From the NCBI GenBank assembly GCA_963806225.1, contig CAWDXG010000004.1, positions 3,200,001-3,264,000 of the forward strand: a DNA stretch of 64,000 nt. Direction: 5' to 3'. The position numbers and the translations under genes were made by a program. This document shows positions 22,288 through 32,719 of this stretch, in pieces; positions within the stretch are counted from its first letter, which is position 1, and every line of letters begins with the position of its first letter. The stretch is from an uncultured delta proteobacterium. GTDB taxonomy: Bacteria > Myxococcota_A > Polyangia > Polyangiales > Polyangiaceae. The notes beneath the pieces were generated by a model, which saw nothing but the letters and a program-made list of their open reading frames with translations, searched no databases and had not been told where the DNA came from.

Positions 22288-24093
22288 TCACGAGTCGTTG
22301 CGCGCGACCACCGAGCACACTGCACGCAGGGCCCGCTCCTGCGCCGGGTTCAATGCCTTGCCCCGGTACGTGATCGAATAGTGACGCGACTTGCGGTAAC
22401 CGGGGCCCTCGGTGCCGTGGCGGACCTCGACCTGGAATCCCGGCTCCCGGGCATGCTCGAGGTCCACGACGAGCGTGCCCTCCTTGGTGGTGACCCTGGT
22501 TGTGCGCCAACCGGCCGCGAACGCACGCCCCTCCGACAGCGGGCGCATCAGCTCCAGATAGCGGTCGGGAACGGAGTCCGCTTCCGGCTCGTTCCGCATC
22601 GCGTGGAGGCGGTCCAGCACCGAGCTCACGTCCACTTCGGCGAAATGGTCCGCCGACTCGAAGGCGTCGAGCAGACACTTCCAGGTTGCCAGCTCGTCGC
22701 GACCGCCGGTCAGGCGGTGGACCTCGGCGGCCAGGCTTGCGAAGTGTCCCACATCGGCCTCGGCGAAGCGCCAGGGACGAGCAGGAAAGTAGCCGTAGCG
22801 CTTGGCCGAGTCTTCCTCGGCGCTCGAGTACCCGTCGGTCAAGAGCCCATCCCGCTCGGCCAGGTAGTAGAGGGCCGTGTCCGGGTACAACCGCACGCGC
22901 GACACCAGGAGCGCGCCGCGCAGGCGATCGAAGTGGGTCTCCTTGACGGCGTCGTAGTTGGTCGCCAGGTCCGCGAATGTGGTCCACGGCGACAGCAGGA
23001 TGAACCCGTGAGAAGCGTGGTCGAGATCGAGCGTCCCCTTGAAGCGCTCGTTCCAGACCCACAGCTCGCTCACGAAGCGCTTGAGCGTCTCGCTCGTCGT
23101 GCCCTTGTTGAAGCGGTCGAGCTCGGCCTGCGAGAAGTTCTCCACACCGACGAGAAACGGGGAGACTTTCACGTCCGCTTCAGCTGCGGTCGCGAGCGCG
23201 CGTTCAAAGCGCCGCTGGCTCCGGAGAAACCAGTCGGCACGCGTCTCGAGAAGAAGCGTGAAGCCCCCCAGTTGCTCTTCTCTGCAGGTGTCGATCAGCT
23301 CCGCGAGATAGGCGAATGGATTCTGGTCCTTGAGCACAAGGTATTCGAGCCCGGGTGCGTGACCACGCACGTAGCGGAGCTGCGCCAGCACGTCCTCGAC
23401 CGTCGCCTCGGCCGTCTTCGCCTGGTACTCGTTGCCGGTCACGCAGAAGGCGCAGCCGCGGCCGAAGCCGTCGGGAATGTCCGTCCCCGCGTACAGCGGA
23501 TTGTGCCGCGCGTCGGCCTGGTACGGGCAACCGTGGTTGCCCTCGATGGAGAAGGTCCGGAACGACGGTAGGGCTTCGGGATTGACGACGCGCGGCGCGA
23601 GATTGGGCTCCCAGGGACGCGCGGACTTATGGGTCCCCACGTAAGGCGGGCCACGGAACCCGTCGGCCTCGCGCGCGTAGGCCCCCGGCGGCAGCTCCTT
23701 GCGGTCACCGCGGAGGTGCGACAGCAGCGCCGGAACGACCTCGCGGAAGTCCCCGCGGCACAGGTAGTCAGCGGGAGGATTTTCCAGTTCGTGCTCGCCC
23801 GTGCAGTGGATGAAGACCTTCCCGGGAAGCAGCTCCCTGAGCCGCGCGGCGATCTCGCGGTTCCAGACCCGCTCGTAGATGATGATCTCGTACTCCTCGA
23901 GGGTCCGGACCAGACGATCGAAGTCGCTGGCTTCGCCCGGAGCCTGTAGTTCGGCATCGAGCACGGCCACCACGAGGTCGTTGTCGATGTCTTCCCGCCG
24001 CAGATCACCTGAAAGGAGCGCGAGCGAGGCGTCGTCGAGGAAGGAGCGCGCGCCGTGGCTGTGCAGGCTGAGGATCGCGGCTCGACCGGGCAT
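22288..24093 (-). CDS. Radical SAM-like protein with non-canonical CX24CX2C motif
   Basis: GCPY-(insert)-RGCAFC, ETRADW, VGVENFS, GFILLSPWTT resemble B12-class rSAM cores. Confidence 0.75.
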   Translation of the reverse strand: MPGRAAILSLHSHGARSFLDDASLALLSGDLRREDIDNDLVVAVLDAELQAPGEASDFDRLVRTLEEYEIIIYERVWNREIAARLRELLPGKVFIHCTGEHELENPPADYLCRGDFREVVPALLSHLRGDRKELPPGAYAREADGFRGPPYVGTHKSARPWEPNLAPRVVNPEALPSFRTFSIEGNHGCPYQADARHNPLYAGTDIPDGFGRGCAFCVTGNEYQAKTAEATVEDVLAQLRYVRGHAPGLEYLVLKDQNPFAYLAELIDTCREEQLGGFTLLLETRADWFLRSQRRFERALATAAEADVKVSPFLVGVENFSQAELDRFNKGTTSETLKRFVSELWVWNERFKGTLDLDHASHGFILLSPWTTFADLATNYDAVKETHFDRLRGALLVSRVRLYPDTALYYLAERDGLLTDGYSSAEEDSAKRYGYFPARPWRFAEADVGHFASLAAEVHRLTGGRDELATWKCLLDAFESADHFAEVDVSSVLDRLHAMRNEPEADSVPDRYLELMRPLSEGRAFAAGWRTTRVTTKEGTLVVDLEHAREPGFQVEVRHGTEGPGYRKSRHYSITYRGKALNPAQERALRAVCSVVARNDS

Positions 24094-24209
24094 CCCGCGT
24101 AGTCTACGAGAAGCGTCCGGACGCGGCCAGCCAGCGCGAGCGCGCACCGCAGCGCCGCCTGCGGCTGCTACGAACGCGTGATACGCTGGCTCGACCGTTT
24201 TCTCGCATC

Positions 24210-27152
24210 ATGAACCGCACCAGTCAGCGAGTCGTCGAAATCCAGGTTCCGGGCGCTTGCGAGCTTTCGTGTCCGGTGTGTCGGTGCAGGGAAACGCCGA
24301 GTCCAGCGTCGCTCCACTCCCAGCTCGACTCCGGCGGAGCGCGCGTCGTGCTCACGGGGGGCACGAGCCACCTCGATGCTATCGCCCGCATCATCGGCCG
24401 GGCCCGCGATGGCGGCTTCCAGCAGATCGTCGTGAGGACCAACGGGCTCTCGTGGACGACGCCCGCGACCGCGGCCGCCCTTGCCCGGAGCGGGGCCAAC
24501 ACGGCGCTCATCCCGATCCTGTCGGACAACCCGAAGATCCACGACCGGATCGCCGGGCGCGAAGGTGCGCTCGTCCAGACGCTCCTGGGGATGCGCGCTC
24601 TGGCTGGCGCCGGCCTGGGGGTGGAAGTCGAGATCACGCTTCTTTCACCGCGCATCTCCCAGCCCGCGAGGATCATCGAGCTGGCGCGTCGCGCGGTGCC
24701 CGACGTGCGGGCTGCGTGGTTCCGGCTGGGTCCGTCCGCCCTGCCACCGTCCATCGCTCCCGCCCCGTGGTCGGTCCTCGGCGGCGCCCTGGCCGAGGCA
24801 CTGGATGCGTGTGCGGCAGCCGGCATCAAGACGGCGCTGCGGCCGCCGGATGGCATTCCCTTCTGCGCACTCAAGGACTTTCCGGAACACCACCGCGCGT
24901 TCGAGTTCAATCCCCGCGCACGACGCCGCCCCCCACCCGGCGCGCACCATATCGCCCCGTGCGAGGCATGCGTCGCGCGCGGGCAGTGTCCCGGCGTCGC
25001 GGGGTCGTACCTCGCAGCGCACGGAGCGACGGACATCGTTCCATTCGAAAAGCGCCCCGAAGCGCTCTACGACCAGCGGACAACGCCACGAAGACGCTGG
25101 ACCGACGAGCAGCGCAAGGCCGCATCGAACCGCAAGCTGCTTGTGCTCAGGCCGACGGTCAACTGCAACCAGGACTGCCTGTTCTGCTCGGCCAACGAGA
25201 CCTCGCAGAACGTCTGGAACGATCCGGGGGCGATGCTCCGCGTGATCGCGCGCGCCGGGCGTCGCGGGGTAGGACGACTCTCGTTCAGCGGGGGCGAGCC
25301 CACGTTGTCGCGCCATCTACCTTCGCTCGTGCAAGCGGCGCGACGCTGCGGCATCGATGCAGTCGAGCTCGTCACGAACGGCGTCCTGCTGGATACCCCC
25401 GAGCGTGTCCAACGGCTCGTGGACGCCGGGCTGACACACGCGTTCGTGTCGCTCCACGCGCACGACGAAGCGCTTTCGCAGAGGCTCACGCAGAAGCTGG
25501 GCGACTTTGCCCGGACTGTGCGCGCCATCGGGCTGCTCGCGGACGCGGGGGTCGAAACGGCGATCAACCACGTGATCACCGCCGCCAATTTCCGGTTTCT
25601 CCCGCACTTCGCTTCGTTCGTGCACGAGCGATTCGGCGGTCGCGTCTACATCTCGTTCGCCTTCGTCACGCCGCAGTACAAGGCACTCGAGAACCTGGAC
25701 CTGCTGCCGCGCATGAGCGAGGTCGTGCCGCACCTCGAGCGGGCCATGCTGCGCTCGGCGGAGCTCGGGCAGCCCTTCGGAGTCGGGTCGCGGCAGGGGA
25801 TCCCTCCGTGCCAGCTGGGCGCGTTCCAGGCCTGGTCGGACGTCTTCGGGCTGATGAACGAAGCACAGACCGAGGACGCTCCGCAGAAGCAACTCGGGCC
25901 CGCCTGCGATCGCTGCCGTTTCAACATGGCCTGCACCGGCCTGTGGAAGCCGTATGCGGATCGCTACGGCTTCGACGAGCTCGAGCCGGTGCCGGGGCCG
26001 CTGCCGGAGATCGACGGCTACGGTCGGGTGGTCGGGATGAATGTCTCGAAGTGGCGCGTGCCCGAAAGCTTCGAGGATGTGCCCGAGGCGCTCCGTGACC
26101 GCGAAGCGGAGGCGCGGGTGCGTGCGCTGGCCAGCACGCCTGCCGCCGAGGAACCGATCCCGGAGATAGCGCCGCATCGTTCGCGACCGCTCCGCGTGGT
26201 GCTGGTCGGCACGGGGCGCCAGGCACGGCGCATCGCCCGTGAAGCGCGGGACGTGCCCGGTCTATCCATCGAAGCGATCGCTTCTCCCCACGCGCCGGAC
26301 GGCGACTTGCGCGATTTCGGCGGCTGTCCCGCCTACCGGGACGCCGCGGAGGCTTTCGACGACATCCGCCCAGAAGCGGCCATCGTGGCAGCGGCGACCC
26401 ATGCCCACCGCGCTGTCGCGGAAGCCGCGCTGCAGCGCGGCATTCCCGTCCTGATGGAGAAGCCGCTCGCACCGAGCGACGCCGACGCCGAGCGCCTCGT
26501 GGAGCTGGCCGGACGGAGCGGTGCGGCGCTCGTCATGGCGCACAATCTGGCGTTCGCCACGGGGCTAGACGCCCTGCTCGACGAAGCGCCGTACCAGCAC
26601 GCCGAGCTGGTGCGACGTTGCCCGCCGCATCTATCCGACGCGCCCCGCGCCTGGAGTCGCTCGGCCTTGTACCAGACCCTGTATCACCTGCTCGTGGTGA
26701 CGGGGCAGGCGTGTGGCGGCGGCGTGCCCCGCGTGGTTTCCACCTCGCACGAGGGCACAGTCCGGCCGGAGCGCATCCGCGTCGCACTCGACTACGAACA
26801 GGGACGTGCGGAGTTGCAGCTCGACTTCTCCGCTACGGATGACGATCTATTCCTCGCGCTATCGAACGGCGAAGCCGCGCACGACGTGTCCTGGCGGCGC
26901 AGCGGGCCGACGGTCACCCTCGAGAGGAACGGCAGCGCGGAGAGCATCCGTGGCGGGGGCAGTGAGATGAGCCGCATGCTCTCGGCGTTCCGCGACGTCG
27001 TTCTACAAGGCGGCCTGCCCGCTGCCACGGCCGGGCAGGCCCTGTCGGTGATGCGCACCTGCGATCGCGTGCTCGACGCGCTAGAGTCCGGGGGCGCCCC
27101 GTTACGCCGCGCGGGACGCCCGAAGCACGTCGCTTCGCCGTCGCTCAGGTGA
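24210..27152 (+). CDS. Triple fusion: rSAM + rSAM + Gfo/Idh/MocA oxidoreductase
   Basis: CELSCPVC; CNQDCLFC with SGGEPT; VVLVGTGRQA...VLMEKPLA. Confidence 0.88.
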   Translation: MNRTSQRVVEIQVPGACELSCPVCRCRETPSPASLHSQLDSGGARVVLTGGTSHLDAIARIIGRARDGGFQQIVVRTNGLSWTTPATAAALARSGANTALIPILSDNPKIHDRIAGREGALVQTLLGMRALAGAGLGVEVEITLLSPRISQPARIIELARRAVPDVRAAWFRLGPSALPPSIAPAPWSVLGGALAEALDACAAAGIKTALRPPDGIPFCALKDFPEHHRAFEFNPRARRRPPPGAHHIAPCEACVARGQCPGVAGSYLAAHGATDIVPFEKRPEALYDQRTTPRRRWTDEQRKAASNRKLLVLRPTVNCNQDCLFCSANETSQNVWNDPGAMLRVIARAGRRGVGRLSFSGGEPTLSRHLPSLVQAARRCGIDAVELVTNGVLLDTPERVQRLVDAGLTHAFVSLHAHDEALSQRLTQKLGDFARTVRAIGLLADAGVETAINHVITAANFRFLPHFASFVHERFGGRVYISFAFVTPQYKALENLDLLPRMSEVVPHLERAMLRSAELGQPFGVGSRQGIPPCQLGAFQAWSDVFGLMNEAQTEDAPQKQLGPACDRCRFNMACTGLWKPYADRYGFDELEPVPGPLPEIDGYGRVVGMNVSKWRVPESFEDVPEALRDREAEARVRALASTPAAEEPIPEIAPHRSRPLRVVLVGTGRQARRIAREARDVPGLSIEAIASPHAPDGDLRDFGGCPAYRDAAEAFDDIRPEAAIVAAATHAHRAVAEAALQRGIPVLMEKPLAPSDADAERLVELAGRSGAALVMAHNLAFATGLDALLDEAPYQHAELVRRCPPHLSDAPRAWSRSALYQTLYHLLVVTGQACGGGVPRVVSTSHEGTVRPERIRVALDYEQGRAELQLDFSATDDDLFLALSNGEAAHDVSWRRSGPTVTLERNGSAESIRGGGSEMSRMLSAFRDVVLQGGLPAATAGQALSVMRTCDRVLDALESGGAPLRRAGRPKHVASPSLR

Positions 27153-27209
27153 TCGACTCGACGCACGCGGCCGATTGGGAGGCGCTCGCGCGCGTGGTAA
27201 AGTCACCTC

Positions 27210-28901
27210 ATGCGAGTCGGGTCGGTCGTCCTTGCGCACGTCGAGCCGGACATCCCGGGGCTCTCGTACTCTCCCTTCAGCTACGGCGGCAGGCGGCTGC
27301 AGGCCGTGCTGCGCGCCGATCCCGCGTTTTGCGACGTCCCGGTGGTTCTGCTGGAGAGCCGCTCACGCGACGTCGAGGAGTGGGCGGACCGCATCGCCGG
27401 ACACAAGCCGGATGTGGTCGGGCTGTCTGTCTACGTCTGGTCGTTTCCGACGATGCTGGCGGTTGCGCGCGCGCTCCGTTCGCGTCTCGCCCACTGCCAC
27501 ATCGTGCTGGGCGGCCCTTCTGCCCGCGCCGAGATGCTTGCCCTCGCTCCGTTCCGCGACGCGGTGCACGACATCGACGCGGTGGTGCTCTACGACGGCG
27601 AGTACGCGTTCCGCGACATCCTGACCGCGCTGTCTCGGGACCGCACTCTGGCGACGGTTCCAGGCCTCTTGCTGCCTCGGACCGACCGGTTCGTGCCCTC
27701 TCCAGCCCGCGAGCCCATCGAGAATCTCGACCAGCTGCCTTCACCGCTGTCGCTCGGGCTGACACCCGGGCGGCGCACCGTCCCGCTCGAGACGTACCGC
27801 GGCTGTCCAATGTCCTGCCGATTCTGTCAGTGGGGCGACGGCTCCACGGCGCGCACGTTCTCGGAGGCCTACCTGCGCGACGAACTCGGGGCCATCAAGG
27901 CTCTAGGCCCCGAGAGCGTCCTCCTGGTCGACGCCGGCATCAACCTGAACTCGCGCGCCTTCAGGCACCTGGTCGACGCAGAGCGGTCGGTAGGAGTGTT
28001 CCAGCACAGCCGCCTGTACGGCGCGGTCTATCCAGCGCACGTCAACGACTATCAGCTCGACTTCCTTGCGGGCATCCGCCGCCCGCTTCTCGATCTCGGC
28101 ATCCAGACGTTCGACACGAACGCACTCTCCGAGATGGGGCGCGCGTTCAAGGAGTCGCGGCTTCCGCGAATCCTCGACGACCTGGTGCAGGTGTCGGACA
28201 TCGACATCGAGCTGATACTCGGGCTACCGGGCGACACCCCCGGGTCCTTCCGGCAGACGCTCCACAGAGCTCTCGAGCTTCCCTGCCGCGTACTGCGCGT
28301 CTTCCATTGCCTCGTCCTGCCCGATGCGTTGATGACCAAGACGCCTCCGTCGTACCGCCTGCAGTTCGATCCGGTGACGTTGCGGTTGACGTCATGCACC
28401 GGCTGGTCTCCCGAAGAGCTACGCGGCGAGATCGAACACCTGGAGGCTCTCGTGGCGCGGCGCGGCGGCGCCGTTCTGGAGGACCAATGGGAATTCGTCG
28501 GTCCGCTCTCGACGGCGCGGGACGAGGACACCCGGGGCGAAGCGGGAGGTCGCGACCGCGACGTCGAAGCCGACGACCCCCAGTTGCTGCACGCTTTCAT
28601 ACACGCGCTGGGCAAGCCGTGGGAGAAGGTGGGACTCCATGTGAGCCGCGCACACCTCGTCCCGGGCGGAGCGCGGCTCCGGCTCGAGCACCAGGAGGGA
28701 GCGAACGCCGTCGACGTAGACCTGACGCGCGACGGGGAGCGCCCGTACTTCCTCGAGCACGACGGCGTGAGGCTGAGCTACCAGGCCAGCGAAGTAGCAC
28801 CGGAGTTCCTGCGTGCGGTAGCGCGTGCGGCACCTCTGCTGTGCCGCGCGTACACACGCGTCTGCCCTCGCGACCCGCTGCGCCTACCGCTCGTGCACTG
28901 A
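27210..28901 (+). CDS. B12-binding-domain radical SAM protein
   Basis: PDVVGLSVYVWS, IVLGGP, ETYRGCPMSCRFC, LILGLPGDT. Confidence 0.9.
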   Translation: MRVGSVVLAHVEPDIPGLSYSPFSYGGRRLQAVLRADPAFCDVPVVLLESRSRDVEEWADRIAGHKPDVVGLSVYVWSFPTMLAVARALRSRLAHCHIVLGGPSARAEMLALAPFRDAVHDIDAVVLYDGEYAFRDILTALSRDRTLATVPGLLLPRTDRFVPSPAREPIENLDQLPSPLSLGLTPGRRTVPLETYRGCPMSCRFCQWGDGSTARTFSEAYLRDELGAIKALGPESVLLVDAGINLNSRAFRHLVDAERSVGVFQHSRLYGAVYPAHVNDYQLDFLAGIRRPLLDLGIQTFDTNALSEMGRAFKESRLPRILDDLVQVSDIDIELILGLPGDTPGSFRQTLHRALELPCRVLRVFHCLVLPDALMTKTPPSYRLQFDPVTLRLTSCTGWSPEELRGEIEHLEALVARRGGAVLEDQWEFVGPLSTARDEDTRGEAGGRDRDVEADDPQLLHAFIHALGKPWEKVGLHVSRAHLVPGGARLRLEHQEGANAVDVDLTRDGERPYFLEHDGVRLSYQASEVAPEFLRAVARAAPLLCRAYTRVCPRDPLRLPLVH

Positions 28902-29076
28902 GCACGTCCAGGGTGCAGCCCGATACCCGGCGGGTGAGGAACGCCCGTCGCTCGCGCCGCTCCCGCTGTCCACTCCCCGCCGTCCATCGGGCGTGGAGCG
29001 ACTAGAGCCCAGACGGCCTTGCCGGGATTCGACTCCGCCGGGTCCAGGCCTGGAGCCGACGAGGTACACTCCTCGC

Positions 29077-30225
29077 ATGCCGACCACGAAAGTGCATCGC
29101 GCGCGCGGCTCGCGCGCTGCCGTGTACGGAATCATCGCCTGCACCCTGGCAGTGGACATCTTCGCGATCCGGTCCACCGATCCGGACTTCTTTTTCCCTG
29201 ATCCGTTCAAGTACCTGATCCTCTTCCTCCTGGTCGCCTTCGTGCTGGTGGACCTGGTACGCGCGCCGCGGGTCCGGGTCGCGCTCTTCAGCGTGCTCTT
29301 CGCCATCCCGGCGGTGTCGCTGCTGCTTGAATGGCGCACGGCCGCGCGCGACGCCCGCACCGGGCATCTGATGGTGGAGAAGAGCAGCGACCCCGTGCTC
29401 CGCTTCAACTATCGCCCCGGCTTCGACACCAACGAGAAGTCTCCTTCTGGCGGCGAGCTGAAAATCACCTCCGACTGGCTCTGGGACGTGCCCCACGCTG
29501 TCACCAAACCGAAGGGCACCTATCGTGTCATGGTGCTCGGGGATTCCGTGCCAAACGATCCGACGATTCCGTTCATGTCGCGGTATCCGAAGCGTCTGGA
29601 AGCGAAGCTGAGGAAACGCTTTCCTGGCACGCCGATCCAGGTGATGAACGTGTCCTGCGAGGGATACAACACCGTCCAGGAAGTCGAACTGCTCGAGGAC
29701 GTCGGGCTCAAGTACCACCCGGACCTGGTGGTACTCTCCTACGTGTTGAACGACCCGTTCCTCCAGAACGGCGCGTACCGCCGCATCGGCAACAGCTACT
29801 TCCTGTTCCGTTTGCAGGCGCTCGCTTCGGTGGCCTCTGCCGGCTCGTATTGCCCCGCCTTCCAGACCTTCCAGAAGGGCTATGCCTTCGACCTCATCGT
29901 CCACAACTCGCTGACGCGTCTGCGACTGTTGGCCGATCTCCACAAGTTCGACGTGATCGTCGCGACGCTCCCGATCGTGGAGCGCTTCGACGATCCGGTC
30001 TGTCTGGGTCTGTACGACCGCGTGCTGTCCATCGCGAAGGCGCAGAGATTCGATACCGTGCGCCTGGTGGATGCGTTCCGGGGAAAGAACTACCGGGACT
30101 ACCTCAAGCCTTCGGACTCGCACGACATCACGCATCCGAACAAGGCAGGTCACGAGATCATGGCCACCGCGCTCGCCAAGGTGGTCGCTCCGCACATCGC
30201 AGCGTTTGCTCAGAAGAGCGAGTAG
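29077..30225 (+). CDS. Membrane-anchored SGNH/GDSL hydrolase-family protein
   Basis: N-terminal TM helices; VLGDS, GYNT, LND, DITHPNKAGH. Confidence 0.85.
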   Translation: MPTTKVHRARGSRAAVYGIIACTLAVDIFAIRSTDPDFFFPDPFKYLILFLLVAFVLVDLVRAPRVRVALFSVLFAIPAVSLLLEWRTAARDARTGHLMVEKSSDPVLRFNYRPGFDTNEKSPSGGELKITSDWLWDVPHAVTKPKGTYRVMVLGDSVPNDPTIPFMSRYPKRLEAKLRKRFPGTPIQVMNVSCEGYNTVQEVELLEDVGLKYHPDLVVLSYVLNDPFLQNGAYRRIGNSYFLFRLQALASVASAGSYCPAFQTFQKGYAFDLIVHNSLTRLRLLADLHKFDVIVATLPIVERFDDPVCLGLYDRVLSIAKAQRFDTVRLVDAFRGKNYRDYLKPSDSHDITHPNKAGHEIMATALAKVVAPHIAAFAQKSE

Positions 30226-30767
30226 ATCAGCGGTCCCAGCCCCGTCACGTGGCCCAGCAGGACGCCACCGGCCAGGAGCAGGATCACCACCACGAACGGG
30301 ATCAGCACGGCGGAAGGGCGACTCCACAGGAACTTGAGGAAGGCGAACGCAGCGAGCACGTCGATCAGCATGCGTCCGAAGAAGCGCCGGGATAGAGCCC
30401 GCGAGCGGCCCTTGTCGAGGTCGGCTATCGGCGTCCAGCCCGAGCTCTCTGGGCGGAAAGGCTCCTCGGCGCGTGCTGCGACGCCCAGCCGGCGGAGCAC
30501 CCAGGCGTAGGGGATGAACGCCAGCACGTAGAGCAGCGTGAGCACGACCGTGCCCATCGCTTCGCCGAGCCAACCCAGCACGACGTCGAGAGGTGCGACC
30601 AGTCGGACCGCGCCGGCCGGCCACACGAGCCGCAGGCCGACCAGCAGCCCTCCTGCCGCAACCGCCAGGACATCGCCGAGGCGGGTCCCGTAGACGAGCA
30701 GACGCATTCCGCCGACCCCGACGGCGAGGATACCAAGCGCCAGCGCGAGCGCTCGGCGCCGTCGCAT
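30210..30767 (-). CDS. SxtJ-like membrane protein fused to an SxtK/DUF5989-like C-terminus
   Basis: LGEAMGTVVLTLLYVLAFIP (SxtJ-like); ends LLLAGGVLLGHVTGLGPLIYSLF (SxtK-like); follows the carbamoyltransferase. Confidence 0.7.
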   Translation of the reverse strand: MRRRRALALALGILAVGVGGMRLLVYGTRLGDVLAVAAGGLLVGLRLVWPAGAVRLVAPLDVVLGWLGEAMGTVVLTLLYVLAFIPYAWVLRRLGVAARAEEPFRPESSGWTPIADLDKGRSRALSRRFFGRMLIDVLAAFAFLKFLWSRPSAVLIPFVVVILLLAGGVLLGHVTGLGPLIYSLF

Positions 30768-30774
30768 GACGCTC

Positions 30775-32619
30775 TCAGTCCTCGACGAGCCGGGGGGCAT
30801 CGATCCTCTGGAGAACTGCAGACGGTTGGGCGTCGCGACGGACAAAGAAGTTTCCGACCACCAGAACCTCGAGCCCGCTGTGAGCGAAAGTCCGGACCGC
30901 GTCCAGCGGCCTGGAAACGATGGGCTCGCCGCGCAGGTTGAACGAAGTATTCAGTAGCACGGGGACGCCCGTGCGCTGGTGGAACGCGGAAAGCAGCGCC
31001 CAGAAACGGGGGTTCTCGCGCCGATTGACGGTCTGGATGCGCGCCGAACCGTCCACATGCGTGACCGCGGGAAGCGGCGCCCGGACGCGCACGGCATCGA
31101 AGTCGCCGAACGCCCCGAGCTCGGCTCCGTCGAAGTTCCGCACGGCGAGCGTGCGCGTCATGTAGGGCGAAGGGCGGGCAACGACGAACCAGGCATCGGC
31201 CTGTGCTTCCAGCACGGCGGGCGCGAACGGACGGAAGCTCTCCCGCCGCTTCATCTCGCGGTTCACGCGCGCGCGCACGCCCTCGCCGCGGGCATCCGCC
31301 AGGATGGAGCGCGCCCCGAGCGCGCGAGGCCCGAACTCCATCCGCCCCTGGAACCAGCCCACGATTTTGCCGTCGGCGAGCGCGGCCGCGGTGCGCTCGT
31401 CGATCTGCTCGTCTTCCAGCCGCTCGTACACCAGGCCCAATCCGTCGAGCGTGCTCTGGATCCCGGCGTCGTCGATTCGCGGTCCGAGCAGGGCACCGCG
31501 CATCGCGTCGCCGCCGGGGGCGCGTGTGGGTCGCGAACCGGGCTCGAGCTCCTGCGCGCCGAGCAGGGCCGCGCCGAGCGCTCCGCCGGCGTCTCCCGCG
31601 GCCGGTTGGACGAATACGTCGGCGACCACTCCTTCGTCGAGCAGCTTGCCCACGGCAACGCAGTTGAGCGCTACGCCGCCGGCCATGCAGATGCGCCCCT
31701 GCCCCGTCACCTCTCTGGCGTGGAGCACGATCCTGCGCATGGCATCCTCGACGATGACCTGTGCGGACGCCGCGATGTCCGCTTCGCGCTGGCCCAGCGG
31801 CGCGCCGGCTGGCCGCGGGGGCCCGCCCAGGAATGCGCCCAGCGACTCGCGTCCGATCGACAGCCCCGCCGGGAAGTCGAAGTGGCGCAGGTTCAGGCGG
31901 ATGGTCCCGTCGTCACCGACGAAGACGACCTCCTTCTGCAGCGCCTCGACGAAGCGCGGTTGGCCGTACGGCGAAAGCCCCATCAATTTGTACTCCCCCG
32001 AGTTGACCTTGAGCCCGGCCCACGCCGTCATCGCTGCGTAGAACATGCCGAGCGAGTGCGGGAAGCGCTGCTCTTCCAGAAGCTCGACCTCCGCGCCGCG
32101 ACCCACGCCGATGGTGGTCGTCGCCCATTCGCCGACCGCGTCGATCGTGACGACCGCGGCTTCCTCGAACGGGGACGGCAGAAAGGCGCTGGCGGCGTGC
32201 GCGAGATGATGCGGCACGAACAGCACGCGCCCCTCGTACGAAAGCCCCTCGGCGATAGCGCGCTCGACCCACATCTTGCCGCCGAACAGCGAGCGGATGG
32301 CGCGCGGGAATGCGCGGATCCCCCGCGGCGCGAAGCGCAGCTGGCTCTCGAGCACCCGCTCCACGTGCAGCGACGGGATCTCGTAGAACACCACCAGATC
32401 GAGATCGTCGGACGTGATACCCGCGTCGGCGAGGCAGGCCCTCGACGCATGCACGGGGAAGTCGGCATCGTGCTTCAGGCGGCTCTCGCGTTCCTCCTGC
32501 AGCGCGACGACGATCTCGCCGTCCTCCACCAGGCACGCAGCGCTGTCATGGTAGAAGGAGGAGAGTCCCAGCACACGCTTGCGGGCGGGAACGGCTGCCC
32601 GCTCGGGCGACGCCAGCAT
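30775..32619 (-). CDS. O-carbamoyltransferase (NodU/CmcH family)
   Basis: YHDSAAC, EER, HHLAHAASAF, GEYKLMGL, AGGVALNC, EFGPRALGARS, LNTSFN. Confidence 0.96.
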   Translation of the reverse strand: MLASPERAAVPARKRVLGLSSFYHDSAACLVEDGEIVVALQEERESRLKHDADFPVHASRACLADAGITSDDLDLVVFYEIPSLHVERVLESQLRFAPRGIRAFPRAIRSLFGGKMWVERAIAEGLSYEGRVLFVPHHLAHAASAFLPSPFEEAAVVTIDAVGEWATTTIGVGRGAEVELLEEQRFPHSLGMFYAAMTAWAGLKVNSGEYKLMGLSPYGQPRFVEALQKEVVFVGDDGTIRLNLRHFDFPAGLSIGRESLGAFLGGPPRPAGAPLGQREADIAASAQVIVEDAMRRIVLHAREVTGQGRICMAGGVALNCVAVGKLLDEGVVADVFVQPAAGDAGGALGAALLGAQELEPGSRPTRAPGGDAMRGALLGPRIDDAGIQSTLDGLGLVYERLEDEQIDERTAAALADGKIVGWFQGRMEFGPRALGARSILADARGEGVRARVNREMKRRESFRPFAPAVLEAQADAWFVVARPSPYMTRTLAVRNFDGAELGAFGDFDAVRVRAPLPAVTHVDGSARIQTVNRRENPRFWALLSAFHQRTGVPVLLNTSFNLRGEPIVSRPLDAVRTFAHSGLEVLVVGNFFVRRDAQPSAVLQRIDAPRLVED

Positions 32620-32719
32620 GGCGGCAAGCATGCCATGCGCGTCGAGCGCAGACCACGGCCGCGCAGGCCGGTCGGCTGCCACGGCGTACTGCCGTGCTAG
32701 AGTGCCGCGAGGTCGGTCC

